From Chloroflexia bacterium SDU3-3 (GTDB taxonomy: Bacteria; Chloroflexota; Chloroflexia; Chloroflexales; Roseiflexaceae), in assembly GCA_009268125.1 (NCBI GenBank), contig WBOU01000004.1, positions 148,494-212,493 of the forward strand: a stretch of DNA of 64,000 nt. The letters run 5' to 3'. The first letter of the stretch is position 1. Each line of letters begins with the position of its first letter. The notes beneath the pieces are model-generated. The model had not been told where the DNA came from and did not search any database. It saw nothing but the letters and a program-made list of their open reading frames with translations. Made by a program: the position numbers and the translations under genes. This document shows positions 9,680 through 18,997 of the stretch, one piece after another.

Positions 9680-11467
9680 ATGAGGCACCACCGACCAGTC
9701 CTGATCCTGCTGCTGCTGTTCGTCGGGCTTGCGGCGCTGTACAGCGCGGCCACGCCGCTGGGCGAGGGGCCGGATGAGCCAGGGCACGCGGGGTATGTGT
9801 TCTTCCTGGCCAGCGCGGGGCGGCTGCCCGACCCGCGAGCGGGCGAGGTGCCCGGCGAGGGCCACCAGCCGCCGCTGGCCTATGTGGCGGCGCTGCCTGC
9901 CGCGCTGTGGCTGCCCGCCGACCAGCGGGCGCTCGACCAGCCCGCCAACGCGCGCTTCGCGTGGGGCGGCGGGGGCGATAGCAACGCGGTGGCCCACGGC
10001 AGCCGCGAGCTGTGGCCGTGGCGCGGCGCGGCGCTGGCCTGGCACCTGATGCGGCTGGCCAGCGTGGCCTGGGGCGCGCTGGCGGTGGGCACGACCTACC
10101 TGGCCGCGCTGGCCGGGGCGGCGCGGCTGGCTCCCGGCGTGGAGCCGAGGCGCCTCGCGCTGCTGGCCGCCGCCGTAGTGGCGCTGAACCCGCAGTTCCT
10201 GTTCATCTGCGGGGTGGTGAGCAACGACCCGGCGCTGGCGGCCTGCTGCGCCGCGGCGCTGTGGCTGGCCCTGCGCGGGCCGGGGGCATGGCCGATGGCG
10301 CGCTACGGCGCGACGCTGGGCCTGCTGCTGGGGCTAGGCCTGCTGGTGAAGCTAAGCGCGCTGGTGCTGGGGCCGCCGCTGGCGCTGGCGCTGGCGGCCT
10401 GGGCCTGGAAGCCTGGGCGCGCGGGCGCGGCGCGGCGGCTAGCGGCTGGCGCGGGCGCTTTTGGCGGCGCGGCAGCGCTGGCGGCGGGCTGGTGGTTCGT
10501 GCGCAGCTGGCAGCTGTACGGCGACCCGCTGGGCGTGGCGGCCTTCAGCGCCGAGTTTGCGACGCAGCCGTTCGACTTCACCAGCCCGCTGGCCTGGGCC
10601 ATGGCGCTGGGCCAGCTGCATAGCTCGTTCTGGGCGCGCTTCGGCTGGATGAACATCGCGCCGCCGCTGTGGGTGGTGTGGCTCTACGGCGCGCTGGCGC
10701 TGGCCGGGCTGGCTGGCTGGGCGATCCAGGTGCGGCGCGGCGGGCTGCGGCCCTGGCTGCCGCCGCTGGCCCTGATCGCGACAGCGGGGGCGTGGCTGCT
10801 GCTGTTTGTGCGCACGGCGGGGCTGGTGGGCTGGCAGGGGCGGCTGGTCTTCCCCGCGCTGCCCGCGCTGGCCCTGCTGCTGGCGGCGGGGCTGGCCCAC
10901 CCCGTGTGGCGCTGGCCGCGCGCCAGCGCGGCGGCGGGGCTGGCCGCGCTGGCGCTGCCCGCGTGGCTGGCGCTGGGCGTGATCGCCCCGGCCTACCAGT
11001 GGCAGGTGCTGAGCCAGCCTGCCGCGCTGGCCCGGATCGAGCGCGAGGTCTACGGGCGCTTCGGGCTGGCGGGCGACCCAGGGGCCGACCTGCGCGGCTA
11101 CGCGCTGGCTGGGCAGGCCCGCCCCGGCCAGGCGCTGGAGCTGACGCTCTACTGGCACTCGCAGGGTCGCCAGAACCGCGACTGGACGGTGTTTGTGCAT
11201 CTGGTGGATGCCGACGACACGATCGTGGCCCACGTGAACGGCATGCCGCGCCAGGGTCAGTTCCCCATGGGCCAGTGGGACGCGGGCGACTGGGTGGAGG
11301 ATACCCACACGCTGGCGCTGCCCGCCGACCTGCCGCCGGGCACCTACCGCCTGCGGGTGGGCCTGTACGACGCCAAGGGCAGCCAGCGCCGCGCCGGGAT
11401 GTGGGATAAGAAAAACAAGCTACGTGGCGACTACCTAACACTGAGCGATATACAGGTGACAGAATAG
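9680..11467 (+). CDS. GT-C fold membrane glycosyltransferase (ArnT/PMT, GT39/83-like) with a C-terminal soluble domain
   Basis: About 595 aa, more than 10 predicted TM helices. First-loop DE motif (LGEGPDEPGHAGYVFF), Ala/Leu-rich TM core, about 150-aa C-terminal domain. ATG 9680 has a GGAG RBS; the track ORF begins at TTG 9641. Confidence 0.6.
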   Translation: MRHHRPVLILLLLFVGLAALYSAATPLGEGPDEPGHAGYVFFLASAGRLPDPRAGEVPGEGHQPPLAYVAALPAALWLPADQRALDQPANARFAWGGGGDSNAVAHGSRELWPWRGAALAWHLMRLASVAWGALAVGTTYLAALAGAARLAPGVEPRRLALLAAAVVALNPQFLFICGVVSNDPALAACCAAALWLALRGPGAWPMARYGATLGLLLGLGLLVKLSALVLGPPLALALAAWAWKPGRAGAARRLAAGAGAFGGAAALAAGWWFVRSWQLYGDPLGVAAFSAEFATQPFDFTSPLAWAMALGQLHSSFWARFGWMNIAPPLWVVWLYGALALAGLAGWAIQVRRGGLRPWLPPLALIATAGAWLLLFVRTAGLVGWQGRLVFPALPALALLLAAGLAHPVWRWPRASAAAGLAALALPAWLALGVIAPAYQWQVLSQPAALARIEREVYGRFGLAGDPGADLRGYALAGQARPGQALELTLYWHSQGRQNRDWTVFVHLVDADDTIVAHVNGMPRQGQFPMGQWDAGDWVEDTHTLALPADLPPGTYRLRVGLYDAKGSQRRAGMWDKKNKLRGDYLTLSDIQVTE

Positions 11468-11507
11468 GCGCGTGCCGCCGATCGCCTGAAACCATAACGG
11501 AGGGGAT

Positions 11508-14012
11508 ATGCGCGTACCACTTTCGTGGCTGAAAGCGTTTGTTGATATCGACGTGCCGGTCGAGGAGCTGGCGCACCGGCTGACCATGGCCGGGCTGGAG
11601 GTCGAGGGGATCGAGTACCTGGGCCTGCCAGGCGGCGAGCTGCCGTGGGACAAGGACAAAGTGCTGGTGTGCAACATCCTGGATGTGCGGCAGCACCCCA
11701 ACGCCGACAAGCTGGTGCTGGCCGACGTGGACTACGGCGCAGGCCAGCCGCACACCGTCGTCACCGGCGCGCCCAACCTGCAGCCCTACAAGGATAAAGG
11801 GCCAGTCGGCCACCCGCTGAAGTCGGTCTTCGCCAAGGAGGGGGCCGAGCTATACGACGGCCACGCCGAGGGCAAGGTCAAGGTGAAGCTGAAGGGCCGC
11901 CCGGTGCGCGGCGTCATGTCGGATGCCATGCTCTGCTCCGAGAAGGAGCTGGGCATCTCCGACGAGCACGAGGGCATCCTGTTCCTGCCTGAGGATGCGC
12001 CCACCGGTGCGCCGCTGGCCGACTATCTGGGCGACGTGGTGATCGAGATCGCGATCACGCCGAACTACGCCCGCGCGCTCTCCATCCTGGGCGTGGCCCG
12101 CGAGGTCGCGGCGCTGCTGGGCAAGCAGGTGCACATCCCCGAGCTGAGCGCGCCCGCCACCGGCCCTAGCATCGAGGGCCGCTTCCGCGTGACGGTGGAG
12201 GCCCCGACGCTCTGCCCGCGCTTCACCGCCACTTTGATCGAGGGCATCGAGATCAAGCCCTCGCCCTACTGGATGCAGCGACGCCTGATGCTGGCCGGGA
12301 TGCGCCCGATCAGCAACGTGGTGGATGTGACCAACTACCTGATGCTGGAGATCGGCCAGCCCAGCCACTCGTTCGACGCCGACACGATCGCCGAGCAGCA
12401 CCTGATCGTGCGGCCCGCACGCGAGAGCGAGCGCCTGACCACGCTGGACGGCAAGGAGCGCACGCTCACCCCCGAGCGGCTGCTGGTGGCCGACCCCACC
12501 GGCCCGCTGAGCATCGCGGGCGTGATGGGCGGCGAGACCAGCGAGGTGACAGCCAGCACCACCCGCGTGCTGCTGGAGGCGGCCAGCTGGGAGCCGGCCA
12601 CCATCCGCAAGACCGCGCGCGCCTACGCGCTGCCCTCCGAGGCCTCGCGCCGCTTCGAGCGCGGCGTGGACTGGGAGCTGCCCGTGCTGCTCCAGCAGCG
12701 CGCCACCGCCCTGCTCCAGCAGACGGCGGGCGGCACCATTGCCCAGGGCATGATCGACATCTACCCCCAGCCCTGGCAGCAAATAACACTCGACCTGACG
12801 CCCGCCGAGGTGCGCCGCATCGTCGGCATCGACCTGAGCGCGGCGGAGATCGCCGCCCTGCTGGCCCCGCTCGGCTTCGGCTGCGCGGTGGAGGCCGACG
12901 TGGTGCGCGTGACGGTGCCCAGCTCGCGCCAGGATGTGACCATCCTCGCCGACCTGTGCGAGGAGGTGGCGCGCATGTACGGCTACGACCGCATCCCCGG
13001 CACGCTGCTGAGCGATGCGCTGCCCAAGCAGCAGAACAACGTCAGCTTCGAGCTAGAGCAGAAGGCCCGCGACACCATGGTGGGCTGCGGGCTGGATGAG
13101 GCCATGACCTACTCGATGACCAGCATGCCCAGCGTGGCCGCCGTCAGCCCGGCGGACGCCGACCCGGCCCTGCACATGCGGGTCAGCAACCCCAACACCC
13201 CCGACCGCGAGTACATGCGGCGCTCGCTGCTGCCGGTGTTCCTTGAGGCGGTGGCGGGCAACCTGCGCGAGCAGGAGCGCGTGCTGCAGTTCGAGATCGG
13301 GCGCGTGTACCTGCGGCAGGAGGGCCAGGTGCTGCCCGCCGAGCCGCGCTACCTAGCCATCGCTATGGCCGGCCCGCGCACGCCGCTCAGCTGGCACCAG
13401 CGCGACGCCGGGGCGATCGACTTCTTCGACGTGAAGGGCGCGGTCGAGACCCTAGTCGAGCGCCTGCACATCGGCGACCAGGTCGAGTTCGCCCCGCTGG
13501 ATGGCGACCCGCGGCTCCAGCCGGGCCGCGCCGCCGTGCTGCGCCGACGCGCCGCCCCCAGGGGCAAGGCCCCCGCCGAGCCGGGCGCGGTGCTGGGCGT
13601 GCTGGGCGAGCTGCACCCCGATGTGCGCGAGCGCCTGGGCATCGAGACGCGGCGCGTGGCCGTGGCCGAGCTGGACCTTGAGCAGCTGATCGCGCTCTCC
13701 GCGCCAGCCAAGTACCGCCCGATCTCGCGCTACCCCGCCACCATCCAGGATCTGGCCATGGTGGTGGAGACCGCCACCCCCGCCGACGCCGTGGCCCAGG
13801 CCATCCGCAAGTACGCCGGAAACACGCTTGAGTCGCTGGTGCTGTTCGACGTGTACCAGGGGCCGCAGGTGGGCGAGGGCAAGCAGAGCCTGGCCTACCG
13901 CCTGACCTTCCGCGCCCAGGACCGCACGCTGGGCGACGCCGACCTGGCCAAGATCCGCCAGAAGATCATCCGCGGCCTTGAGCACGACGTGAAGGCCACC
14001 ATCCGCGCCTAG
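11508..14012 (+). CDS. pheT: phenylalanine--tRNA ligase beta subunit
   Basis: 834 aa: MRVPLSWLKAFVDI..., B3/4, B5, FDX-ACB domain pattern. RBS GGAGGGG. Confidence 0.9.
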   Translation: MRVPLSWLKAFVDIDVPVEELAHRLTMAGLEVEGIEYLGLPGGELPWDKDKVLVCNILDVRQHPNADKLVLADVDYGAGQPHTVVTGAPNLQPYKDKGPVGHPLKSVFAKEGAELYDGHAEGKVKVKLKGRPVRGVMSDAMLCSEKELGISDEHEGILFLPEDAPTGAPLADYLGDVVIEIAITPNYARALSILGVAREVAALLGKQVHIPELSAPATGPSIEGRFRVTVEAPTLCPRFTATLIEGIEIKPSPYWMQRRLMLAGMRPISNVVDVTNYLMLEIGQPSHSFDADTIAEQHLIVRPARESERLTTLDGKERTLTPERLLVADPTGPLSIAGVMGGETSEVTASTTRVLLEAASWEPATIRKTARAYALPSEASRRFERGVDWELPVLLQQRATALLQQTAGGTIAQGMIDIYPQPWQQITLDLTPAEVRRIVGIDLSAAEIAALLAPLGFGCAVEADVVRVTVPSSRQDVTILADLCEEVARMYGYDRIPGTLLSDALPKQQNNVSFELEQKARDTMVGCGLDEAMTYSMTSMPSVAAVSPADADPALHMRVSNPNTPDREYMRRSLLPVFLEAVAGNLREQERVLQFEIGRVYLRQEGQVLPAEPRYLAIAMAGPRTPLSWHQRDAGAIDFFDVKGAVETLVERLHIGDQVEFAPLDGDPRLQPGRAAVLRRRAAPRGKAPAEPGAVLGVLGELHPDVRERLGIETRRVAVAELDLEQLIALSAPAKYRPISRYPATIQDLAMVVETATPADAVAQAIRKYAGNTLESLVLFDVYQGPQVGEGKQSLAYRLTFRAQDRTLGDADLAKIRQKIIRGLEHDVKATIRA

Positions 14013-14025
14013 CGCGCCCCAGTGC

Positions 14026-14056
14026 GGCCCGCCGAGCAGCTGTTGCTCGGCGGGCC
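14026..14056 (+). terminator. palindromic hairpin after pheT
   Basis: ggcccgccgagcagc-tgt-tgctcggcgggcc, a perfect stem with no U-tract. Confidence 0.4.
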
Positions 14057-14316
14057 GCGCGCCAACGACAGCGCGTCGTTTCCCCAGGCGGCATCTCCAT
14101 CTGCCGTAGTGAAACCATAACCGCCCGACCACGTGCAGCGCCCCACCACCATGCCGCTACCAGACCGCATCACAATCGGCTAGAAGATCGCCCCCCAGCG
14201 CTCGGCGCGGCGCAGCAAACCCTGGTATAATTCTTGACAGTACCTACTCCGCGTGCTATCCTACCGTTCACCATCTAAAACCGGCATCGTTCGCACCACA
14301 ACATTGTGCGCGTATT

Positions 14317-16632
14317 GTGCCACCCAATGCCATGGATCTAACCACCTCGATAGCGGCTGGTGGCAACGATGCCATATCAGAATCGCACCGTAGTCCCTCA
14401 TCCTCCCGTCGTAGCTCCTCGGCCAACCAGCTTCCGCCACTTGTGCCGAAGCCCGATTTTGCCGAAAGCCCGACGGCGCACGAGCTTGCCACAAGGCTGC
14501 TCTCCTATCAGCGCGCTGGCGATATGGCCGGTGCCACGATGGTGCGAAACGCCTATGCCGTCGCCCGCGAGGCCCACGAGGGCCAGCGCCGCAACTCCGG
14601 CGAGCCATACATCGATCACCCGGTCGCCGTCGCCAACATCCTCCTCGACCTGCGCATGGACCCCGCCTCGATCTCAGCAGCCCTCCTCCACGATGTCGTC
14701 GAAGATACCCCCATCACCAAAGAGCAGATCACCCAGTTCTTTGGCGAAGAGGTCGCGCATCTGGTGGATGGTGTCACCAAGCTGACCGTGCTGGAGAACC
14801 AGACCAAGGAGGAGGCCCAGGCCAACAGCTACCGCAAGATGTTCATCGCCATGGCCGACGACCCGCGCGTGGTGCTGGTGAAGCTGGCCGACCGCATGCA
14901 CAACATGCGCACCATCGGCTCCATGTCCACCGAGAGCCAGCGGCGCAACGCCCGCGAGACGCTGGACATCTACGCCCCGCTGGCCCACCGCCTGGGCATC
15001 TGGCAGATGAAGTGGGAGCTTGAGGACCGCTCGTTCCAGGTGCTCAACCCCGACAAATACTACGAGATCAGCCGCCAGCTGGCCCAGCGCCGCGAGATGC
15101 GCGAGCGCACCGTGCAGCGCGTGATCGAGAAGCTGCGCCAGGTGCTGGGCCGCGAGAACATCCAGGCCGACATCACAGGCCGCCCCAAGCATATCTTCTC
15201 GATCTACCGCAAGATGGAGCGCAAGGGCGTCAGCCTCGACCAGATCTACGACCAGCTGGCCGTGCGCGTGATCGTGAACAGCGTGGGCGAGTGCTACCAG
15301 GTGCTGGGCATCGCCCACACCACATGGCCCCCCGTGCCCGGCGAGTTCGACGACTACATCGCCAACCCCAAGGAGAGCATGTACCAGTCGCTCCACACCA
15401 CCGTGCTCATCCCCGGCGGCCAGCCCTGCGAGATCCAGATCCGCACCTGGGAGATGCACGAGATCTCCGAGCACGGCATCGCGGCCCACTGGCGCTACAA
15501 AGAGGGCTTCGGGCGGCGCGACACCTCGTTCGAGCACAAGCTGGCCTGGCTGCGCGGCCTGATCGACTGGCGGCGCGACCTCGACGACGCCAAGGAGTTC
15601 GTCGAGTCGCTCAAGTCCGAGGAGCTGGAGGAGCAGGTCTATGTGTTCTCGCCCAGGGGCAAGATCATCGATCTGCCGCTTGGCTCCACCCCGATCGACT
15701 TCGCCTACCGCATCCACTCGCAGATCGGCAACTCTTGCGTGGGCGCGAAGGTCAACAACCGCATGGTGCCGCTGGACTACCAGCTGAAGAGCGGCGAGAT
15801 CATCGAGATCATGACCTCGAAGACGGTGCGCGGCCCCAGCCGCGACTGGCTGAACTTCGTGCGCACCAACAGCGCCCGCGCCCACATCCGCCGCTACTTC
15901 AAGAAGATGCGCCGCGATGAGAACGAGACCGCTGGCCGCGACCTGCTGGAAAAAGAGCTGAAGAAGTTCGGCCTGTCGGTGCCCTTCGACCAGATCGCCC
16001 AGATCGTCGGCTCGAAGACGATCGAGGACGTGTTCGCCCTGATCGGCAGCGGCGACACCACCGCCCGCGCCGTGGGCCAGAAGGTGCTGCAGCAGCAGGC
16101 CGCCCAGGCCGCCGACCTCGCCCAGATCCCGCAGGTGGCCCCCGCGCCCGAGCGCCGCGCCGACCCCAAGGGCATCCAGGTGCGCGGCGCGGATGGCGTG
16201 CTCACCCGCCTGGCCAAGTGCTGCAACCCGATCATCGGCGAGCCGATCGTGGGCTATGTGACGCGCGGCAAGGGCATCACCATCCACCGCGCCGACTGTC
16301 ACACCATCCTCAACGAGCGCGACCAGGCCCGGCTGGTCGAGGTCACCTGGGGCGGCGGGCCGAAGCAGCAGGGCTTCTCGGTGCCGGTGCGGATCGAGGC
16401 CTGGGACCGCGTGGGCCTCTGGCGCGACATCACCAGCGTGATGGCCGACAACGGCATCAACATCGAAGAGGTACGCCAGGTGCCCACCCGCAAGCCCGAC
16501 CGCGCGATCCTGATGACTCTCCTCACTATCTGCTCCATCCCCCAGCTCACCATGATCATCGACAAGCTCAACCGCCTGCCCGACGTGATCGAGGCGCGGC
16601 GCGAGAACAGCGGCGCGGTGCCCGCCGCCTAG
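14317..16632 (+). CDS. rel: bifunctional (p)ppGpp synthetase/hydrolase (RelA/SpoT family)
   Basis: HD (GEPYIDHPVAVANILLDLRMD...LLHDVVEDT), synthetase, TGS (VYVFSPRGKIIDLPLGSTPIDFAY) and C-terminal ACT domains. Start uncertain (14317 or a later Met). Confidence 0.85.
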   Translation: MPPNAMDLTTSIAAGGNDAISESHRSPSSSRRSSSANQLPPLVPKPDFAESPTAHELATRLLSYQRAGDMAGATMVRNAYAVAREAHEGQRRNSGEPYIDHPVAVANILLDLRMDPASISAALLHDVVEDTPITKEQITQFFGEEVAHLVDGVTKLTVLENQTKEEAQANSYRKMFIAMADDPRVVLVKLADRMHNMRTIGSMSTESQRRNARETLDIYAPLAHRLGIWQMKWELEDRSFQVLNPDKYYEISRQLAQRREMRERTVQRVIEKLRQVLGRENIQADITGRPKHIFSIYRKMERKGVSLDQIYDQLAVRVIVNSVGECYQVLGIAHTTWPPVPGEFDDYIANPKESMYQSLHTTVLIPGGQPCEIQIRTWEMHEISEHGIAAHWRYKEGFGRRDTSFEHKLAWLRGLIDWRRDLDDAKEFVESLKSEELEEQVYVFSPRGKIIDLPLGSTPIDFAYRIHSQIGNSCVGAKVNNRMVPLDYQLKSGEIIEIMTSKTVRGPSRDWLNFVRTNSARAHIRRYFKKMRRDENETAGRDLLEKELKKFGLSVPFDQIAQIVGSKTIEDVFALIGSGDTTARAVGQKVLQQQAAQAADLAQIPQVAPAPERRADPKGIQVRGADGVLTRLAKCCNPIIGEPIVGYVTRGKGITIHRADCHTILNERDQARLVEVTWGGGPKQQGFSVPVRIEAWDRVGLWRDITSVMADNGINIEEVRQVPTRKPDRAILMTLLTICSIPQLTMIIDKLNRLPDVIEARRENSGAVPAA

Positions 16633-16654
16633 CGCGGCGCGCGGGCAGCCACCA

Positions 16655-16701
16655 GACACAGCGCGGGGGCTAGGCAATATGCCTGGCCCCCGCGCTGTGT
16701 C
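16655..16701. terminator. bidirectional hairpin between convergent rel and oppF
   Basis: gacacagcgcgggggc-(15-nt loop)-gcccccgcgctgtgtc, a perfect 16-bp stem. Confidence 0.5.
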
Positions 16702-16728
16702 GTGCGCGTCGCTCGCGCAGCTTCGCCG

Positions 16729-17760
16729 CTAGGCGGCCCCGCCCGAGCCATACAGGTGGCAGCGCACCCAGTGCTGCGGCCCGATCTGCTCGACGCCCGG
16801 CATGGCTTGCCTGCACACATCCATCACCTTGGGGCAGCGCGCCACGAACGGGCAGCCCGGCGGCGGATCGATCAGCGAGGGCACCTCGCCGCGCGCATCC
16901 ACCTTGGCCGCCGTCAGGCTGGCGTGGGGGTTGGGCACCGCCGAGAGCAGCAGCTTGGTGTAGGGGTGGGCGGGCTGGCTCATCAGCTCGTCGCTCTCGG
17001 CCCCCTCCACCATATGCCCGGCGTACATCACGATCGTCTGGTCGCCGATGTAGCGGGCGCTGGCGATGTCGTGGGTGATGTAGAGGTAGCCGATGCCGCG
17101 CTCCTCCTTCAGCTTCTCCATCAGGTTGAGCACGCCCATGCGGATGGAGACATCCAGCATCGAGATCGGCTCGTCGGCCAGGATGATCTCGGGGTCCACG
17201 GCCAGGGCGCGGGCGATGGCCACGCGCTGGCGCTGGCCGCCGGAGAGCTGGTAGGGGAACTTCTGGGCAAAGTCGGTGGCGGGGTTCAGGCCCACGGTGG
17301 TCAGCAGATCGATCACCTTGTCGTAGGCCTCGGCCTTGGATGCGGCCTTCTTGTGGATGAACAGCGGGCGCTCCAGGTGGTAGCCGATCGTCTGCGTGGG
17401 GTTGAGCGAGCCGAATGGATCCTGGAAGATCATCTGCACGTGGCTGCGGTACTCGCGCGAGGCGCTGCGCGGCTCGGCCTTCAGGATGTCCTGGCCGCGA
17501 AACAGGATCTCGCCTGCGGTGGGCGGCATCAGCCGCGCGATCAGGCGGGCCGTGGTGCTCTTGCCGCTGCCCGACTCGCCCACTAGCGAGATCACCTGGC
17601 CGCGCCGAATGCTAAACGAAACATCCTCCAGCGCGTGTACGTACCGCTTTTGAAACATGCCGCCCACCGGAAAGTGCTTGGTCAGGCCGCGCACCTCCAG
17701 CACCGGCGAGTCGGTATCGACGCCCGCCACCGTCGGCTGGGCAGTTGTCGGTTGCATCAT
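16729..17760 (-). CDS. oppF: peptide ABC transporter ATP-binding protein (OppF-like)
   Basis: Walker A GESGSGKST, signature LSGGQRQRV, Walker B ILADEP, C-terminal oligopeptide-transporter extension. RBS GAGGAGG before ATGATG. Confidence 0.8.
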   Translation of the reverse strand: MMQPTTAQPTVAGVDTDSPVLEVRGLTKHFPVGGMFQKRYVHALEDVSFSIRRGQVISLVGESGSGKSTTARLIARLMPPTAGEILFRGQDILKAEPRSASREYRSHVQMIFQDPFGSLNPTQTIGYHLERPLFIHKKAASKAEAYDKVIDLLTTVGLNPATDFAQKFPYQLSGGQRQRVAIARALAVDPEIILADEPISMLDVSIRMGVLNLMEKLKEERGIGYLYITHDIASARYIGDQTIVMYAGHMVEGAESDELMSQPAHPYTKLLLSAVPNPHASLTAAKVDARGEVPSLIDPPPGCPFVARCPKVMDVCRQAMPGVEQIGPQHWVRCHLYGSGGAA

Positions 17761-17798
17761 CGTCTATCCTCCTCAGCTGTGGTGCTGGGTTCCAGTTT

Positions 17799-18015
17799 GG
17801 TCGAGGTTCATTCTGACCCGGTCGAGGTTCATTCTGACCCGGTCGAGGTTCATTCTGACCCGGTCGAACCTCATTTTGCACCGGTCGAGGTTCATTCTGA
17901 CCCGGTCGAGGTTCATTCTGACCCGGTCGAGGTTCATTTTTTCGCCGTCGAACCTCATTTTGCACCGGTCGAGCCTCATTTTGCACCGGTCGAACCTCAT
18001 TTTGCACCGGTCGAG
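17799..18015. repeat. 21-bp tandem minisatellite, about 10.5 units, between oppD and oppF
   Basis: Unit GGTCGAGGTTCATTCTGACCC x3, then variants GGTCGAACCTCATTTTGCACC and GGTCGAGCCTCATTTTGCACC. Positions 7-9 alternate GGT/ACC/GCC. No spacers. Confidence 0.9.
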
Positions 18016-18022
18016 CCTGTAT

Positions 18023-18997
18023 CTAGTACAGGTGGCAGGCCACAAAATGCCCTGGCGCGACCTCGCGCAGGCGCGGCTCCTCCTGGGTATGGCGGGGCTG
18101 CACCTTGGCGCAGCGCGGGTGGAAGCGGCAGCCCGAGGGCGGGCAGACCATGTCGGGCGGCGCGCCGGGGATGCCGGTGAGCTTGACCTTGGGGCCGGTG
18201 ATCGACGGGAACGAGTTCATCAGCCCCTGGGTGTAGGGGTGCATGGGGTTCTTGAACAGCTCCTGCGCCGAGGTCAGCTCCACGATCTCGCCCGCGTACA
18301 TCACACCGATCCGGTCGGAGAACTCCACCATCAGCGAGAGATCGTGGGTGATGAAGAGGATGGAGAAGCCCATCTTCTCCTTCAGCTTCTCGATCTGCTG
18401 CATGATCTCCTTCTGCACCACCACATCGAGCGCGGTGGTCGGCTCGTCCATGATCATCAGCGGCGGGTTGAGCGCCAGGGCGATGGCGATCACCACGCGC
18501 TGGCGCATGCCGCCAGAAAGCTCGTGGGGGTAGGAGTCGATGCGCTGCTTTTCGATGCCCACCAGATCGAGCAGATAGGCGGCGCGATCGCGGGCCTCTT
18601 TTTTCGAGAGCTTGAGGTGGCGGATGATCACATCGCAGATCTGGTCGCCAATAGTGATCACGGGGTTGAGCGAGTTCATGGCGCTCTGAAACACCATGGA
18701 AACCTGGCTCCAGCGGAAGCTGCTCAGCTCGTCATCCTCCATCTCCAGCACATCATTGCCGCCAAACAGCACCTGGCCGCCGGTGATCACGGCAGGCGGG
18801 TGCAGCAGGCGCATCATGGCGTGGGCGATGGTAGACTTGCCGCTGCCCGACTCGCCCGCCAGGCCGAAGACCTCGCCGGGGGCGATCGAGAACGAGACGC
18901 CGTCGACGGCGCGCACGGGGCCGCGCGGGGTCATATACTGCACCTGCAGGTCGCGCACATCCAGCAGCGGGGAGCGCAGATCGTGGGCGCTAGGCAT
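18023..18997 (-). CDS. oppD: peptide ABC transporter ATP-binding protein (OppD-like)
   Basis: Walker A GESGSGKST, signature LSGGMRQRV, Walker B MIMDEP. Start trimmed to an internal Met to limit overlap with oppC (the track ORF extends to 19048). Confidence 0.75.
   Translation of the reverse strand: MPSAHDLRSPLLDVRDLQVQYMTPRGPVRAVDGVSFSIAPGEVFGLAGESGSGKSTIAHAMMRLLHPPAVITGGQVLFGGNDVLEMEDDELSSFRWSQVSMVFQSAMNSLNPVITIGDQICDVIIRHLKLSKKEARDRAAYLLDLVGIEKQRIDSYPHELSGGMRQRVVIAIALALNPPLMIMDEPTTALDVVVQKEIMQQIEKLKEKMGFSILFITHDLSLMVEFSDRIGVMYAGEIVELTSAQELFKNPMHPYTQGLMNSFPSITGPKVKLTGIPGAPPDMVCPPSGCRFHPRCAKVQPRHTQEEPRLREVAPGHFVACHLY

Noticed and set aside
17612-18007. ORF encoding heptapeptide repeats (NEPRPGQ...), with a mirror ORF 17635..18180
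   Set aside because: It is simply the translation of the 21-bp tandem array. It overlaps the oppF N-terminus out of frame and has no RBS, whereas oppF has its own RBS after the array.
17799-18015. Possible CRISPR array
   Set aside because: Units are directly abutting with no unique spacers, the period is 21 bp and there are no cas genes. It is a minisatellite, not a CRISPR. The same applies to 50650-50812.
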